Of a DNA stretch of 64,000 nucleotides, positions 38,455-48,080 are shown one piece after another. The position numbers were made by a program, and so were the translations under genes. The notes under the pieces are model-generated. The model saw only the letters and a program-made list of their open reading frames with translations, was not told the DNA's origin and made no database searches. The first letter of the stretch is position 1, and each line of letters begins with the position of its first letter. This DNA comes from Planctomycetota bacterium. Its GTDB lineage: Bacteria; Planctomycetota; GCA-002687715; CAIWVZ01. The stretch spans positions 512,001 through 576,000 of the forward strand of contig JBGANV010000001.1 in the NCBI GenBank assembly GCA_044222185.1, written 5' to 3'.

Positions 38455-41163
38455 GTGTCGGAACAACCGATATCAGTTTCTCCGGATGCTCTGCTGAAAC
38501 CGGGAACGGTCGTCGACGACTTCGTCATCGAGGAGCTGTTCTCGATCGGTGCGAGCAGCGTCGTCTATCGGGCGCGCCAGCCGTCACTCGACCGGACGGT
38601 GGCGCTGAAGCTGCTGCCGAAGGAGCGCAGCTCCGACCAGCGCTGGGTCACGCACTTCCGCCGCGGCGCCCAGCTGCTCGCGGCGATCACGCACCCCAAC
38701 ATCGTGCCCGTCTACGGCTCGGGGCGATATCACGACCGGGAGTTCCTGGCGATGATGTTCGTCCCCGGCGGACATGCCCTCGATCGCGCGTTCCCAGCCC
38801 CGCAGAGCGAAGCCGGGCTCGCGGGTCTGCTCACTGCGGGGCGTGACATCGCGAAGGCGCTCGCGTTCATCCACCAACAGGGGTTCGTTCACGGCGACGT
38901 GAAACCGTCGAACATCCTCGTGGGCGCCAACGGACATGCCTACCTCATCGACTTCGATCTGGCGAATCGCCCCGGCGAGGCGATCCGTATCGGTCCCGAA
39001 GGTGATCGCGCCAGTCGTTTCCTCGCACCCGAGGCGTTGACGGCGTCCGGTACGACCATGGATCACCGCTCGGACATCTACTCGTTCGGCGCGACGCTCT
39101 ACTCGGCGCTCGCAGGGAATCCACCGCGAACGCCGCTTCCCATTCCGCTCGTGGACGTGCGACCGGATCTGTCGGCAGGCCTGTGCGCGGTCGTCCATCG
39201 CTGCCTCGAGGAAGATGCGAACAAGAGATACCCCGACGCGGCCGCGGTCGTCGAAGCCGTCGATGAGCTCATCGAGGGCATGACGACGCCAGGCCCCGGA
39301 CGCAACCTCGGGCCATTCGAGATCGTCGCCGAGATCGGTCGTGGGGGGATGGGCGTCGTGTTCCGCGCCATCCAGCAGCCGCTCGGCCGTGAGGTCGCGC
39401 TGAAGGTCCTCCCGCAGGAATTCGGGGCGATGCCGTCGCGCGTCAAGCGATTCCAACGCGAGGCCGAGGCAATCTCCCGCCTCGACCATCCGCACATCAT
39501 CCCGATCTACGCGTTCGGCAAATTCGGTGGGTACCACTACTTCGCGATGAAGCTCGTGAAGGGGCCCACGCTCGCCAAGCTCATCGAATCCATGAAGCGG
39601 ACCCGCGATGACGCTCCTCCGAAGGACGACGAGTTCACCATGCAGTTCGCCTCCGTCGCAGACGGAACGCGGTCCACGCTCGTCGATTCCGCGCCGACCG
39701 TCCCCGAGCCGGCGAAGCGGCCCGCGACGCCACCGCCACCTCCGAGCGCTGCCGCCGATGCCGGCGATCCGGCCTACATCGAGCGGATCCTCGGGATCTT
39801 CGTGAAGGTGGCGGGAGCGCTGGCCCACGCCCACGAGCACGGGATCCTCCATCGCGACATCAAGCCGGCGAACATCATCATCGACGAGGACGGGGAGCCT
39901 TTCGTCCTCGACTTCGGCCTCGCGCGGGACGAGACCGACCTGGCGCTCACGGATTCGCAGGCCGTCTGTGGCACGCCCTACTACATGGCGCCCGAGCAGG
40001 TCCAATCGGATGGCTCACCCACCGACCGGCGGACGGACGTGTGGGGCTTGGGCGTGACGCTGTTCGAGGTGCTTGCGCTCACGCAGCCGTTCGGCGGCGC
40101 ATCGAGGGACCAGCTCTTCGCGAACATCGCCGTCGCCGACATCCCGCCGCTGCGCGAGATCAACAAAGGCGTGAGTCGCGACCTGGAGGGCGTGGTCCAG
40201 AAGGCGCTGCGGCGAAGTCGGATCGAGCGATACCAGGACGTGGCGGCCTTCGCGGAGGACATTCGAGCCGTCCTCGACGGCAGGCCCACGTCGGCCAAGC
40301 CTACGAGTTCGCTGCATCGCATCGTGGCCAACGCCCGTCGACACCGAGTCCCGACGGGGTTCGCGCTTCTCGTCGGCCTTTTCCTCGCCGCCTTCTCGTT
40401 GGTCGTCGGGCTCAAGCTGGCGGCGGGACCGGGCACGGGTCCGGCCGATGGATCGAGATTCGTCGCGGACCCGTCCGCCGTCGCCGACGAACTCCCTCGG
40501 GCCGCTGCCGTCCTCGCCATCGTCGCCGAGAACCCCGCCGACCCTGCATCTCCCATGGTGGAGATCGTGCCGGCGGCCTATTCCAGTCGCGAGAACGCCG
40601 TCCTCGTCCCGAGCGGGGTGCACGCGGCGCTCCCGCCCGGCTTCGACGCCGCGAAGCATGGATTCCTCGTCTGGGCGACGACGAACCCGGTCGTCCCCAT
40701 GGATCTGGACGATCCGAACGTGTATCGCGTCGGTGCGGGATCGGCCCAGCAGCTCTCCCGCCTCGCGCGGACCCTCCCGCACGCGGTGAAGTCGTTGCCC
40801 CAGATGGCCGGCTTCGGCCGCCTGGGTCGCGCCGACAGTGCCGACGGCGCCATCACCGCCTACCGCTTCGATGGGTCGACCCGCGTGATGCGGTGCGCCG
40901 AGTCACAGCGCGTCGAGCGGTGGACGTCCGGCGCGACGATCGCGGCCCGGTGCCTCACGCTCCACGTCGACCGCACCCGCATGGATCGGCTTGGCCTCGA
41001 ACCGGGAAGCCTCGCCGTACCGACCGACGGGAAGACGCCGTCGGCGTCCTTCGCCACCGACGCCATGCGGAACGGCGGCGTGGTCGTCGGCCTCGGCGGC
41101 GAGATCCTGGGCTACCTCGTTCGCGGTGGCCGTTTCATCGACCTGGGCTGGCTTGGGGAATGA
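38455..41163 (+). CDS. Membrane Ser/Thr protein kinase with two tandem kinase domains
   Basis: Domain 1 VALK, HGDVKPSN, DFD, APE; domain 2 GRGGMG, VALK, HRDIKPAN, DFG, GTPYYMAPE; one TM; C-terminal external domain. Confidence 0.9.
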   Translation: MSEQPISVSPDALLKPGTVVDDFVIEELFSIGASSVVYRARQPSLDRTVALKLLPKERSSDQRWVTHFRRGAQLLAAITHPNIVPVYGSGRYHDREFLAMMFVPGGHALDRAFPAPQSEAGLAGLLTAGRDIAKALAFIHQQGFVHGDVKPSNILVGANGHAYLIDFDLANRPGEAIRIGPEGDRASRFLAPEALTASGTTMDHRSDIYSFGATLYSALAGNPPRTPLPIPLVDVRPDLSAGLCAVVHRCLEEDANKRYPDAAAVVEAVDELIEGMTTPGPGRNLGPFEIVAEIGRGGMGVVFRAIQQPLGREVALKVLPQEFGAMPSRVKRFQREAEAISRLDHPHIIPIYAFGKFGGYHYFAMKLVKGPTLAKLIESMKRTRDDAPPKDDEFTMQFASVADGTRSTLVDSAPTVPEPAKRPATPPPPPSAAADAGDPAYIERILGIFVKVAGALAHAHEHGILHRDIKPANIIIDEDGEPFVLDFGLARDETDLALTDSQAVCGTPYYMAPEQVQSDGSPTDRRTDVWGLGVTLFEVLALTQPFGGASRDQLFANIAVADIPPLREINKGVSRDLEGVVQKALRRSRIERYQDVAAFAEDIRAVLDGRPTSAKPTSSLHRIVANARRHRVPTGFALLVGLFLAAFSLVVGLKLAAGPGTGPADGSRFVADPSAVADELPRAAAVLAIVAENPADPASPMVEIVPAAYSSRENAVLVPSGVHAALPPGFDAAKHGFLVWATTNPVVPMDLDDPNVYRVGAGSAQQLSRLARTLPHAVKSLPQMAGFGRLGRADSADGAITAYRFDGSTRVMRCAESQRVERWTSGATIAARCLTLHVDRTRMDRLGLEPGSLAVPTDGKTPSASFATDAMRNGGVVVGLGGEILGYLVRGGRFIDLGWLGE

Positions 41164-41456
41164 CCGGTCCGGCTCCGGCGCGTCGCGGAGTCGAGCTCTC
41201 GGCCGACGTCACTGACACCCGTCGGCGGGAGCGCCCGATCGTCCGGCGGCGTGCGGGAGACACGACGGGCAACCGGTCCGCGCGATCCCGGAACCGAGCC
41301 GGTCGCACGGCTTCCGCCCGGTGAGCGACGGCGGGGAAGCCGGCGGCGTCGCAGCCCGATCGTGCGACGGCGCGCCTCTTCGCCGACCGTCGATCGGGTT
41401 GCCGTCGATCTCGCGCCGGCCGCCGCGCGCGTCCCGTCGATGACGCGGACTCGTGA

Positions 41457-42254
41457 CTACACGAACAGGACGGGCTCGACCGTGAGGTCGGTTACGCCGT
41501 GGTCTATCAACACGCGGAACAGCCGCTGCGACATCACCACTTCGGGCATGATCTGCTGGCCGTTGCCGAACGTCTCGAAACTGAGGTTGAGGTCGCTGAG
41601 CTTCTCGACGGCCACGTCGTAGAACGGCAGCGAGTGAAGCTCGAGTCCGCCCTGCCCACACTCGGGGCACACGCCTTCGGGATCATGCACGAATCGCGTC
41701 GGCGGCGAGTGCATCGGCGGCAGACGATGGGTTGGCAAGACCTCGAACCATCGTGTGAGCGTGCCTCCCGGTTCCTTCACCGGTCGCAGGAGACAGCCGG
41801 TGATGTGCTCTCGGATCAGGGTCGCCGCGAGGGATTCGTCGACGACGAACCCACCGGTCGCCGTCCTGGCGAACATGGTCGGTGGCGAGTCGGCGCTCAA
41901 CTCGAGTGCCGGCGGCGCCTCGATGAGCTGATCCGTCGCGTGGCGACACGTGGGCTCTGCGAGCGCGGCACCCAGGCTGCTCACCACGATCCGTTCGGGG
42001 CGCGTCAGGTGCAGAGCCGACGCGTGGTCGATCTCGTCCGGACTGAAGCTCCGTTCCTCGTGGATCCGGAATTCGGCCTCCAGATCCTCGAGGATGTCGG
42101 TCACGCGGCGCGCGGCCTCGTTCGCGTGGTGAAATCGAACCTGGTACGTCCCCTCGCCGAAAGTTGCACCCGGGAGAACCTCCTCGAGTGCGGATGTGAG
42201 CCGCTCGGCTTCCATTGCCGAGAGTCGAACGGTCACGACGGTTTCGAGCCTCAT
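41457..42254 (-). CDS. Hypothetical protein with CPECG motif and internal duplication (double-CXXCG/immunity-like)
   Basis: GGAGG RBS before ATG 42254; repeated units FVVDESLAATLIREHITGCLLRPV and VVMSQRLFRVLIDHGVTDLTVEPV. Confidence 0.65.
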   Translation of the reverse strand: MRLETVVTVRLSAMEAERLTSALEEVLPGATFGEGTYQVRFHHANEAARRVTDILEDLEAEFRIHEERSFSPDEIDHASALHLTRPERIVVSSLGAALAEPTCRHATDQLIEAPPALELSADSPPTMFARTATGGFVVDESLAATLIREHITGCLLRPVKEPGGTLTRWFEVLPTHRLPPMHSPPTRFVHDPEGVCPECGQGGLELHSLPFYDVAVEKLSDLNLSFETFGNGQQIMPEVVMSQRLFRVLIDHGVTDLTVEPVLFV

Positions 42255-42443
42255 GCCCGGCCTCCGCGCTAGTCTCCGATGTATAGACCTGTCTCTATAT
42301 CGGGTCGGAGCGCCGGGATGTTTGAAAAGGTTTTGAAACCTCCGCAAACGCGTTCAGCCGGGCGGGAATCGGGCGGCGCCCCCATGGACGGCGTCGGCCG
42401 GTGCGGGCGAGAGGAGGCGCCGCGGCGCCCGCACGGCCGGCGG

Positions 42444-43373
42444 TCACTGCAGGACGACGTCGACGCGGTTGGAGACCTCGGTCGGGATGTAGGCCGTGGT
42501 CGCCGTGATGGCCGCGAAGTGGAGCGCGAAGCCGGATAGCGATGGGATCAGCGGCACGTTCACCGTCGCCGTCGCCTGACCGTTCGAGTTCAGCGTTCCC
42601 AGGAAGTTGCTGAAGAGCGACGGCGTGTTGAGCGCCAGGTCGGTCAGGCCCGTGAACGGGTTGACCTCCAGCGTGAAGGGCCCGCCGAAGTTCACGGGCG
42701 TCGTCGACTCGGAAACGGCGATCAGGTAGAGCTGGCCGGCGTGGCCCGGTGCGGACAACGACACCGACCGGGTCGTGCCGACGGGCCACGTCGTCGCCGT
42801 CGTCGTGAGGGCCGCCTGGTAGAGCTTCTTCGTCGTCGTGAACGTGTAGTCGCCGGACGTGCCGCCGTTGTTGTTGCACTGGGCCGTCGAGGCATAGAAC
42901 GTCACCGGGCCCGCGGGCAGGGTGGCGGGTGCAATCCAGTTCATCGACCACGAGTTCTGGAGCGACCCCGCGGTCGTGTGCTCGTGATGGGCCGTACTGC
43001 CGCTCGCGTTCTTCGTCATGCCGGTCTGGGTCACGGTCCAGCTGCCCACGGCGGTGTTGGCCGAGTTGCGCGCCGTGATCTGGAAGCCGTGGCGCGTGGA
43101 ACTCGAACCCGAGAAGGCGACCGTGACCGGGTTGGGCACGCTCGGCGTGAACTGCTGCGAACCGAGTGTGATGCCGACCGTCGCGGTGCCCGAGTTCAGA
43201 GTGAAGCTGCCGTGACAGCCGTGACAGTTGGACTCCCCGGGTGCCCCCGTGTAGCCCGACGACGGACCGTTGACGTTCGCCGGCACCGGGAACGAGATCG
43301 CACCGACGAGGAGAGCGAGTGAGGAAACGAGGCCGAGAGCGAGCCACGTGCGCGAATTGCCCATGCGAGTCAT
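42444..43373 (-). CDS. Secreted Reeler-like (choice-of-anchor V type) protein with CxxCH and a C-terminal beta module
   Basis: GGAGG RBS; signal peptide; GYTGAPGESNCHGCH, GFQITA, WSMNWIAP..VTFY..CNNNG..SGD. Confidence 0.8.
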   Translation of the reverse strand: MTRMGNSRTWLALGLVSSLALLVGAISFPVPANVNGPSSGYTGAPGESNCHGCHGSFTLNSGTATVGITLGSQQFTPSVPNPVTVAFSGSSSTRHGFQITARNSANTAVGSWTVTQTGMTKNASGSTAHHEHTTAGSLQNSWSMNWIAPATLPAGPVTFYASTAQCNNNGGTSGDYTFTTTKKLYQAALTTTATTWPVGTTRSVSLSAPGHAGQLYLIAVSESTTPVNFGGPFTLEVNPFTGLTDLALNTPSLFSNFLGTLNSNGQATATVNVPLIPSLSGFALHFAAITATTAYIPTEVSNRVDVVLQ

Positions 43374-43554
43374 ACACACCTCCGAGTTCAGCTGCGGGGC
43401 GTCAGCTGTTCGGACCATAGACCCGGCTTTCGACGGAAGTAGGTGTGTACGGAGTGACCCCCGCGCGGCCTGCTCCCTTCTGCGCACGAAGGTCTGCGAA
43501 TGGACCGGCGCGCGCGCGGAGGCACGATCATTCGTGCACCGGTCTTTGCAGGAA

Positions 43555-44511
43555 CTACCGTGTAACTGTGACCATCTCGCCACGCGCTGGGCGCGACTCG
43601 GGCGACGGTTGCAGATGCGCGCGCGCGAGCTCGTCGATCATGTAGAGGATGTCGACGTGGATCTGCGGAGTGTCCTCGTCGAACGCGTAGACGTGGAAGC
43701 GGCCCAGATGGGCGGCGGCGGAAATGGGCACACCGCGATGCGTCCACCCGGTGACGGGTTCGAGCTTCGCGCCAGCGGCAGCGAGAAGCAGGCGGGCGCA
43801 TTCACCCGTCGACGCATAGGGCGTGTGGATGTCCGAGTGCGCGACGACGAACGTCTTCTCCCCGCGGACCGCTGCCTGCGCGAACCGCATGAAGTCCTGC
43901 ATCTGCTTCACGGGTGGTACGCGGACGTCTGGACGAATCACGTCGGCGTAGATCGAGTCCGCCGCGATGAGCGCATCGATCCGGTCGAACACGCCGTCCT
44001 GCTTCAGGAACTCGCGGACCGCGCCGTAGCCGGCGGAGAAGAACGTGATGGTGATCCCACCGAAGCGAAGTGCCTCGATTCCACAGTGGGCACGCAGCGC
44101 CGCTTCCCCTGCATCGAGCAACGCCGTCAGCGCCCGCGGATCGGCGTAGGGGCGTGCGAAATCACCGGACCGACCCGAGAGCTTGGACGCGATCAGGACA
44201 CCCGGCCGCGCCATCCGGACGAAGTTCTCCTCGGCGATCGTCGTCCCACCCTGAAAATGCATGAACAGCGGGACGACCCCGTCCGCCGCCGGGCGGAAGC
44301 CGTCGGGGACGAACAGCTCGGCGTTCGGAAGGTCGAATCGGACTCCGTGCGCGAGTTTCTCGAGGCGCGCGAGCGACGGGATCTGCCGCTCCGGCGCATC
44401 CGAAACCGGTCGCGATGTCGGCGGAGCGTTCCGGTCGAGTGAACATCCGGCGAGGAAGGCGAGGCCGAACAGCGCGATGGAGAGGTTTCGAACTGCGACT
44501 CGTCGCCTCAC
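43555..44511 (-). CDS. Hypothetical lipoprotein, alpha/beta-hydrolase-like
   Basis: GTGA overlap with the upstream gene; lipobox FLAGC; HFQGG, FFSAGYGAV nucleophile-elbow-like motif, DSIY, late His. Confidence 0.7.
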   Translation of the reverse strand: MRRRVAVRNLSIALFGLAFLAGCSLDRNAPPTSRPVSDAPERQIPSLARLEKLAHGVRFDLPNAELFVPDGFRPAADGVVPLFMHFQGGTTIAEENFVRMARPGVLIASKLSGRSGDFARPYADPRALTALLDAGEAALRAHCGIEALRFGGITITFFSAGYGAVREFLKQDGVFDRIDALIAADSIYADVIRPDVRVPPVKQMQDFMRFAQAAVRGEKTFVVAHSDIHTPYASTGECARLLLAAAGAKLEPVTGWTHRGVPISAAAHLGRFHVYAFDEDTPQIHVDILYMIDELARAHLQPSPESRPARGEMVTVTR

Positions 44512-46040
44512 GGTGCCCGCTCCACTTCGAACGACTTCAGGAGGACGGTGCCCGGCCGATCGACGAGGTCCAGTCGGAGCAGGATGAGTTCCGGTTCCGA
44601 TCCGAGCGGTGGTGCGACGACGGCAAGCCGATGGCGATGCATCCGTCCGTCGCCTGGAACGGGGAACCGGATGCTCCGTTCGTCCGAGAAGCCGGGGTAG
44701 GCGCTCGTCGCGAAGTAGATCTGTCCTTGCGCCACGTCGTCGGGACCCGAGGCACTGGTGAAAGCCATCTCGATCTCGACCGCGCTGACGCCGGTGGGGG
44801 GGAAGACGAGGAGAGGGCTCGTGAGCCACGGATCGGTGCCGGTCGAGAGCAGCTGGAGTCCATCGGTCGATTGCCCCTGCACCGTGAACTGGGCTCCCAC
44901 CTCCCATCGTGCTCGGGCGGAAGCATCTCCGAAGTCCCAACGGAGTTCGAGCGGCGGAACCACCGCCTCCAGTCGCCGTCGGATCGATAGCGCGGCATCC
45001 CTGCGTCGTTGATCGTTCGGCCACAGACGCTGGAGCTGGCGCTGGAGGTCGTCGGCGGTGGGGTTCGGGGCGAAGTCCAGGAAGAACGACGGGACGCCAT
45101 CCTCGAACGGGAAGGTCCGATCGCAGCCTTCGCACCGGAATGCCGTCCGCTGGCTCGCCAATGCGGATCGGCACGTGGGACATACGACCCCGTGGATCAT
45201 GCGATCGACCGGTAGTTCACGCGGGAGCGTCGGTCGAAGCGGCGCCTGCGGACGCAGGAGCGCGGCGATGATCTCGTCCTCCGGAAGCTTCACGCCGCGG
45301 CGTGCCGCGGCATCGATCACGAGCGTCACGGAGATCCCGACTCCGTCTTCGAGCGTGGGATCGTCCAATGAGGAGCGTATCCAGGCCGCAGCCCGCGCGT
45401 CGTCCACGTCCTCGGGAGGAGGCGCGCCCTTGAACTGGGCGGCGAGTTGGACCTGCGAGCCGAGAAGTGTCACGAAGTCGTCAGGGTGGAAGACGTTCCG
45501 TTCCGCGTGGGGGATGAGCGACGGCCGGTGGGCATCGACCAGAGTGCGGTCGAGCTTGCATTCGTCCGTCGTCACGATGAGGGCTCGCCGTGCGATCCGG
45601 CGGAGCTCGAGGAGGACCTCGCAGGGGAACTCCACGTGCTCGATCATCTCCGAGCACAACACGACGTCGAAGGCGCCATCCGCGAACGGCAGCCGAACGG
45701 AATCGCAGGCGACCCCATCGACGCCGAAGAGATCCCACGCGCGGCGGCACGCCGCCGCGGAGAGGTCCGCAGTCACGACCTTCGCTCCGAACAACGACTG
45801 GACGTGGTGCGAAGTGAGGCCTTCGCTGCCGCCGACGTCGAGGAACGTGTCGAACTCCAGGCGATTGAGCGTGCGGAGAGATTGGAATTGCCGGGCGCGG
45901 CGCCAGATGTCGCCGGGCTCGCTGTAGCCGGGATGCCGTCGACCATAGATCGGCTGGTGCGCGTAGTAGACCCCGTCAGCCGTGGTCTGCCGGTAGCGTC
46001 CTTCGAGCCAGCGGCGCGTGTTGCGTGTGTAGCTTCCCAT
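44508..46040 (-). CDS. Class I SAM-dependent methyltransferase with internal Trm112-like zinc ribbon and C-terminal beta-sandwich domain
   Basis: LDVGGSEG, LPFADGAFDVVLCSEMIEHV; CPTC..CEGCDRTFPFEDGVP; DPWLTSP..QIYF..LRLD. Confidence 0.82.
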   Translation of the reverse strand: MGSYTRNTRRWLEGRYRQTTADGVYYAHQPIYGRRHPGYSEPGDIWRRARQFQSLRTLNRLEFDTFLDVGGSEGLTSHHVQSLFGAKVVTADLSAAACRRAWDLFGVDGVACDSVRLPFADGAFDVVLCSEMIEHVEFPCEVLLELRRIARRALIVTTDECKLDRTLVDAHRPSLIPHAERNVFHPDDFVTLLGSQVQLAAQFKGAPPPEDVDDARAAAWIRSSLDDPTLEDGVGISVTLVIDAAARRGVKLPEDEIIAALLRPQAPLRPTLPRELPVDRMIHGVVCPTCRSALASQRTAFRCEGCDRTFPFEDGVPSFFLDFAPNPTADDLQRQLQRLWPNDQRRRDAALSIRRRLEAVVPPLELRWDFGDASARARWEVGAQFTVQGQSTDGLQLLSTGTDPWLTSPLLVFPPTGVSAVEIEMAFTSASGPDDVAQGQIYFATSAYPGFSDERSIRFPVPGDGRMHRHRLAVVAPPLGSEPELILLRLDLVDRPGTVLLKSFEVERAP

Positions 46041-46156
46041 GGAGGTCGACGATCGCGAGGCCCGCTCCAGCCAGCCCGGCGTCAGGCTCGACGCCGCTCG
46101 CCCTCCGCTCGGCACCCGACGACCGGGTGCCCGAGGGTGGATGAGCGTGAAACGAA

Positions 46157-46193
46157 GGAACCCTCCGGAGGCGCGGGGCCTTCGGAGGGTTCC
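46157..46193 (-). terminator. Intrinsic terminator downstream of tRNA-Gly(GCC)
   Basis: GC-rich stem-loop (GGAACCCTCCG..CGGAGGGTTCC) followed by TTCGTTT on the minus strand. Confidence 0.7.
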
Positions 46194-46195
46194 AG

Positions 46196-46267
46196 AGCGG
46201 GTGAAGGGACTTGAACCCTCGACATCCACCTTGGCAAGGTGGCGCTCTACCACTGAGCTACACCCGC
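46196..46267 (-). tRNA. tRNA-Gly (anticodon GCC), CCA not encoded
   Basis: GCGGGTG/CACCCGC acceptor stem, TAGCTCAGTGGTAGAGC D-arm, CCACC-TTGCCAA-GGTGG anticodon arm, GGTTCAAGTCC T-arm, U73. Confidence 0.96.
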
Positions 46268-46306
46268 GAGAGGGTGCCTTCAGCCTCGTGGGCGAAAAGC
46301 GGGCGG

Positions 46307-46335
46307 ATCATACTGGCGACCCCGGGCGTGGGCAA
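46307..46335 (-). promoter_or_regulatory. Sigma70-type promoter for tRNA-Gly(GCC)
   Basis: TTGCCC-N17-TATGAT on the minus strand, about 40 nt upstream of the tRNA. Confidence 0.65.
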
Positions 46336-46412
46336 GATCCGCTCCCGTTGGTGTTCTGTTTCGACCCCAATAACATCGTCGGCTTTCGCGGGTCAGCGGT
46401 TGGGGGCCGCCT

Positions 46413-47591
46413 ATGTCAACAAGCCTTCGTACGTGGGCGGCCGGTGCCGCTCTGCTTCTGTGTCTTGCGAGTTGTGAATCGAGCGGGGGAGTCGACTCGC
46501 CCGAGCCAGGTACGGCCGAGGCGCAGCCTTGGAGCGGCGACCGCGGCGCCGCGTCCAGCGCGACGGAGGCCCGGGACCGCCTGATGCGCAAGGCGTCGCT
46601 GACGGCGCGCGAGCAACTCGAACTCGGCGAGGCGCACCTCGCGCTTGGCGACGGGTCGCCAGCCGAGACGGCATTCTTCAGCGCCATGTCGAAGGGTGGA
46701 CTTTCGCCGAACGAGACCTACCGCGTCCAGTTCGGTCTCGGGCAGGCGTCGGAGCTGCTCGGACAGTTCTACTCTGCGAAGTCGCACTACTCGGACGCGT
46801 GGAGGAGCGGGCAGACCGACTCGGAGCGTGATACCGCTCTGATCGAGCTGGCGCAGGTGGAAATGCGGATCGGCGATTCGAACGCGGCTCGCGAGCACAC
46901 CCGGGCGATCCGCGACCGCAGCCGACCGGAGGTCCAGGAACTCGACCACCTGCTGGGCACGTCCCATCCGACCGCGGCACGCTCGACTCCATCGGCGGCG
47001 CCTCCGGCTTCCGCGGGCGCCCGCCCGTCTGGTCGTGGGTTGACACCGCCGCCCCTGCATCCGCGCGCGGAATGGCGCGCTCGGCCTGTATCGACCCAGC
47101 GCGACACGGACCCCATGGGGCGCCCCACGCGGATCACGCTCCACCACACCGCCGATCTGAAGCCCGTGGGGAGTTCGCTCGCCGAGAACGCGGAGCGGAT
47201 TCGGGCGTATCAGACCGCGCACCAACAGACGGAGGGGTGGGCAGACATCGGATACCACTTCGTCGTGGATCGGCAGGGTCGGGTTTGGGAAGGGCGCTCG
47301 CTGACGTTGAAGGGCGCCCACGCCGGCAACAAAGCGGCGAACGAGCACAACATCGGGATCGCACTCACTGGCAACTTCGACGCGACGACGCCCACTCCGG
47401 CGCAGATGACGGCCGTGACGACGCTCGTGATGTGGCTGTGCAACGAGTACGGAATCCCCTCGGCGCAGATCTTCACACATCACCAGATGGAGCAGATGTA
47501 CCACATCAAGGGCACGACGCGGTGCCCGGGCAAGCGGTTCGACGCCTACCTCGAGCAGATCAAGCGGGCCGTCCAGCGCGGCGGGCGCTGA
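46413..47591 (+). CDS. Lipoprotein with TPR-like region and N-acetylmuramoyl-L-alanine amidase (Amidase_2/PGRP) domain
   Basis: Lipobox CLASC; ITLHHTA, GWADIGYHFVV..GRVWEGR, GAHA, NIGIALTGNF, H..TRCPG. Confidence 0.88.
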   Translation: MSTSLRTWAAGAALLLCLASCESSGGVDSPEPGTAEAQPWSGDRGAASSATEARDRLMRKASLTAREQLELGEAHLALGDGSPAETAFFSAMSKGGLSPNETYRVQFGLGQASELLGQFYSAKSHYSDAWRSGQTDSERDTALIELAQVEMRIGDSNAAREHTRAIRDRSRPEVQELDHLLGTSHPTAARSTPSAAPPASAGARPSGRGLTPPPLHPRAEWRARPVSTQRDTDPMGRPTRITLHHTADLKPVGSSLAENAERIRAYQTAHQQTEGWADIGYHFVVDRQGRVWEGRSLTLKGAHAGNKAANEHNIGIALTGNFDATTPTPAQMTAVTTLVMWLCNEYGIPSAQIFTHHQMEQMYHIKGTTRCPGKRFDAYLEQIKRAVQRGGR

Positions 47592-47612
47592 GGTCGCCCG
47601 ACCCCTGCGCGA

Positions 47613-48080
47613 TCATCGGGCGTCGCGCAGTGGGACGAGGATCGTCTGACCTTCGCGCAGATCCTGCGGTCGGGTGAGCGTCGGATTCACATCCTGGATC
47701 TTCGTCCAGAGATCCTTGTCGCCCAGAAGGTCGCGGGCGATGCTCGCGAGCGTCTCGCCGCGACGGACGACGTGTCGGATCCGTCCCCGACTGTCCATCG
47801 TCCGAAGCTCCTCCGTCGGAATGACCCCGGTCTGCTTCTCGACGAGCTCCTTGACCCAGTCGAGCGAGCCGTCCTCGGCTCTCGGGCGCTGAACGACCGG
47901 CGACTTCGTGTCGTCGCCAATCGACAGGACGACGCGGTTCTCCGTGTTCTCGACTTCGTCCGCCTCGAAGTCGGGCATGGGCTCACGGGTCATCTTCGGC
48001 CCGAACTGGTCGAAGAGAAACGCTCCGACGACGAGCGCAGCCAGAACCAGCAGCAGGGTCCCGATCACGAGGTTCTGCAT
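47613..48080 (-). CDS. Membrane-anchored LysM domain protein
   Basis: N-terminal TM; HVVRRGETLASIA..WTKIQDVN..LREGQTILVP. Confidence 0.88.
   Translation of the reverse strand: MQNLVIGTLLLVLAALVVGAFLFDQFGPKMTREPMPDFEADEVENTENRVVLSIGDDTKSPVVQRPRAEDGSLDWVKELVEKQTGVIPTEELRTMDSRGRIRHVVRRGETLASIARDLLGDKDLWTKIQDVNPTLTRPQDLREGQTILVPLRDAR

Noticed and set aside
41164-41456. Two imperfect copies of GCCCGATCGTnCGnCGGCGnGC in the convergent gap after the kinase
   Set aside because: Only two degenerate copies in very GC-rich DNA; not a CRISPR array or a supportable repeat family.
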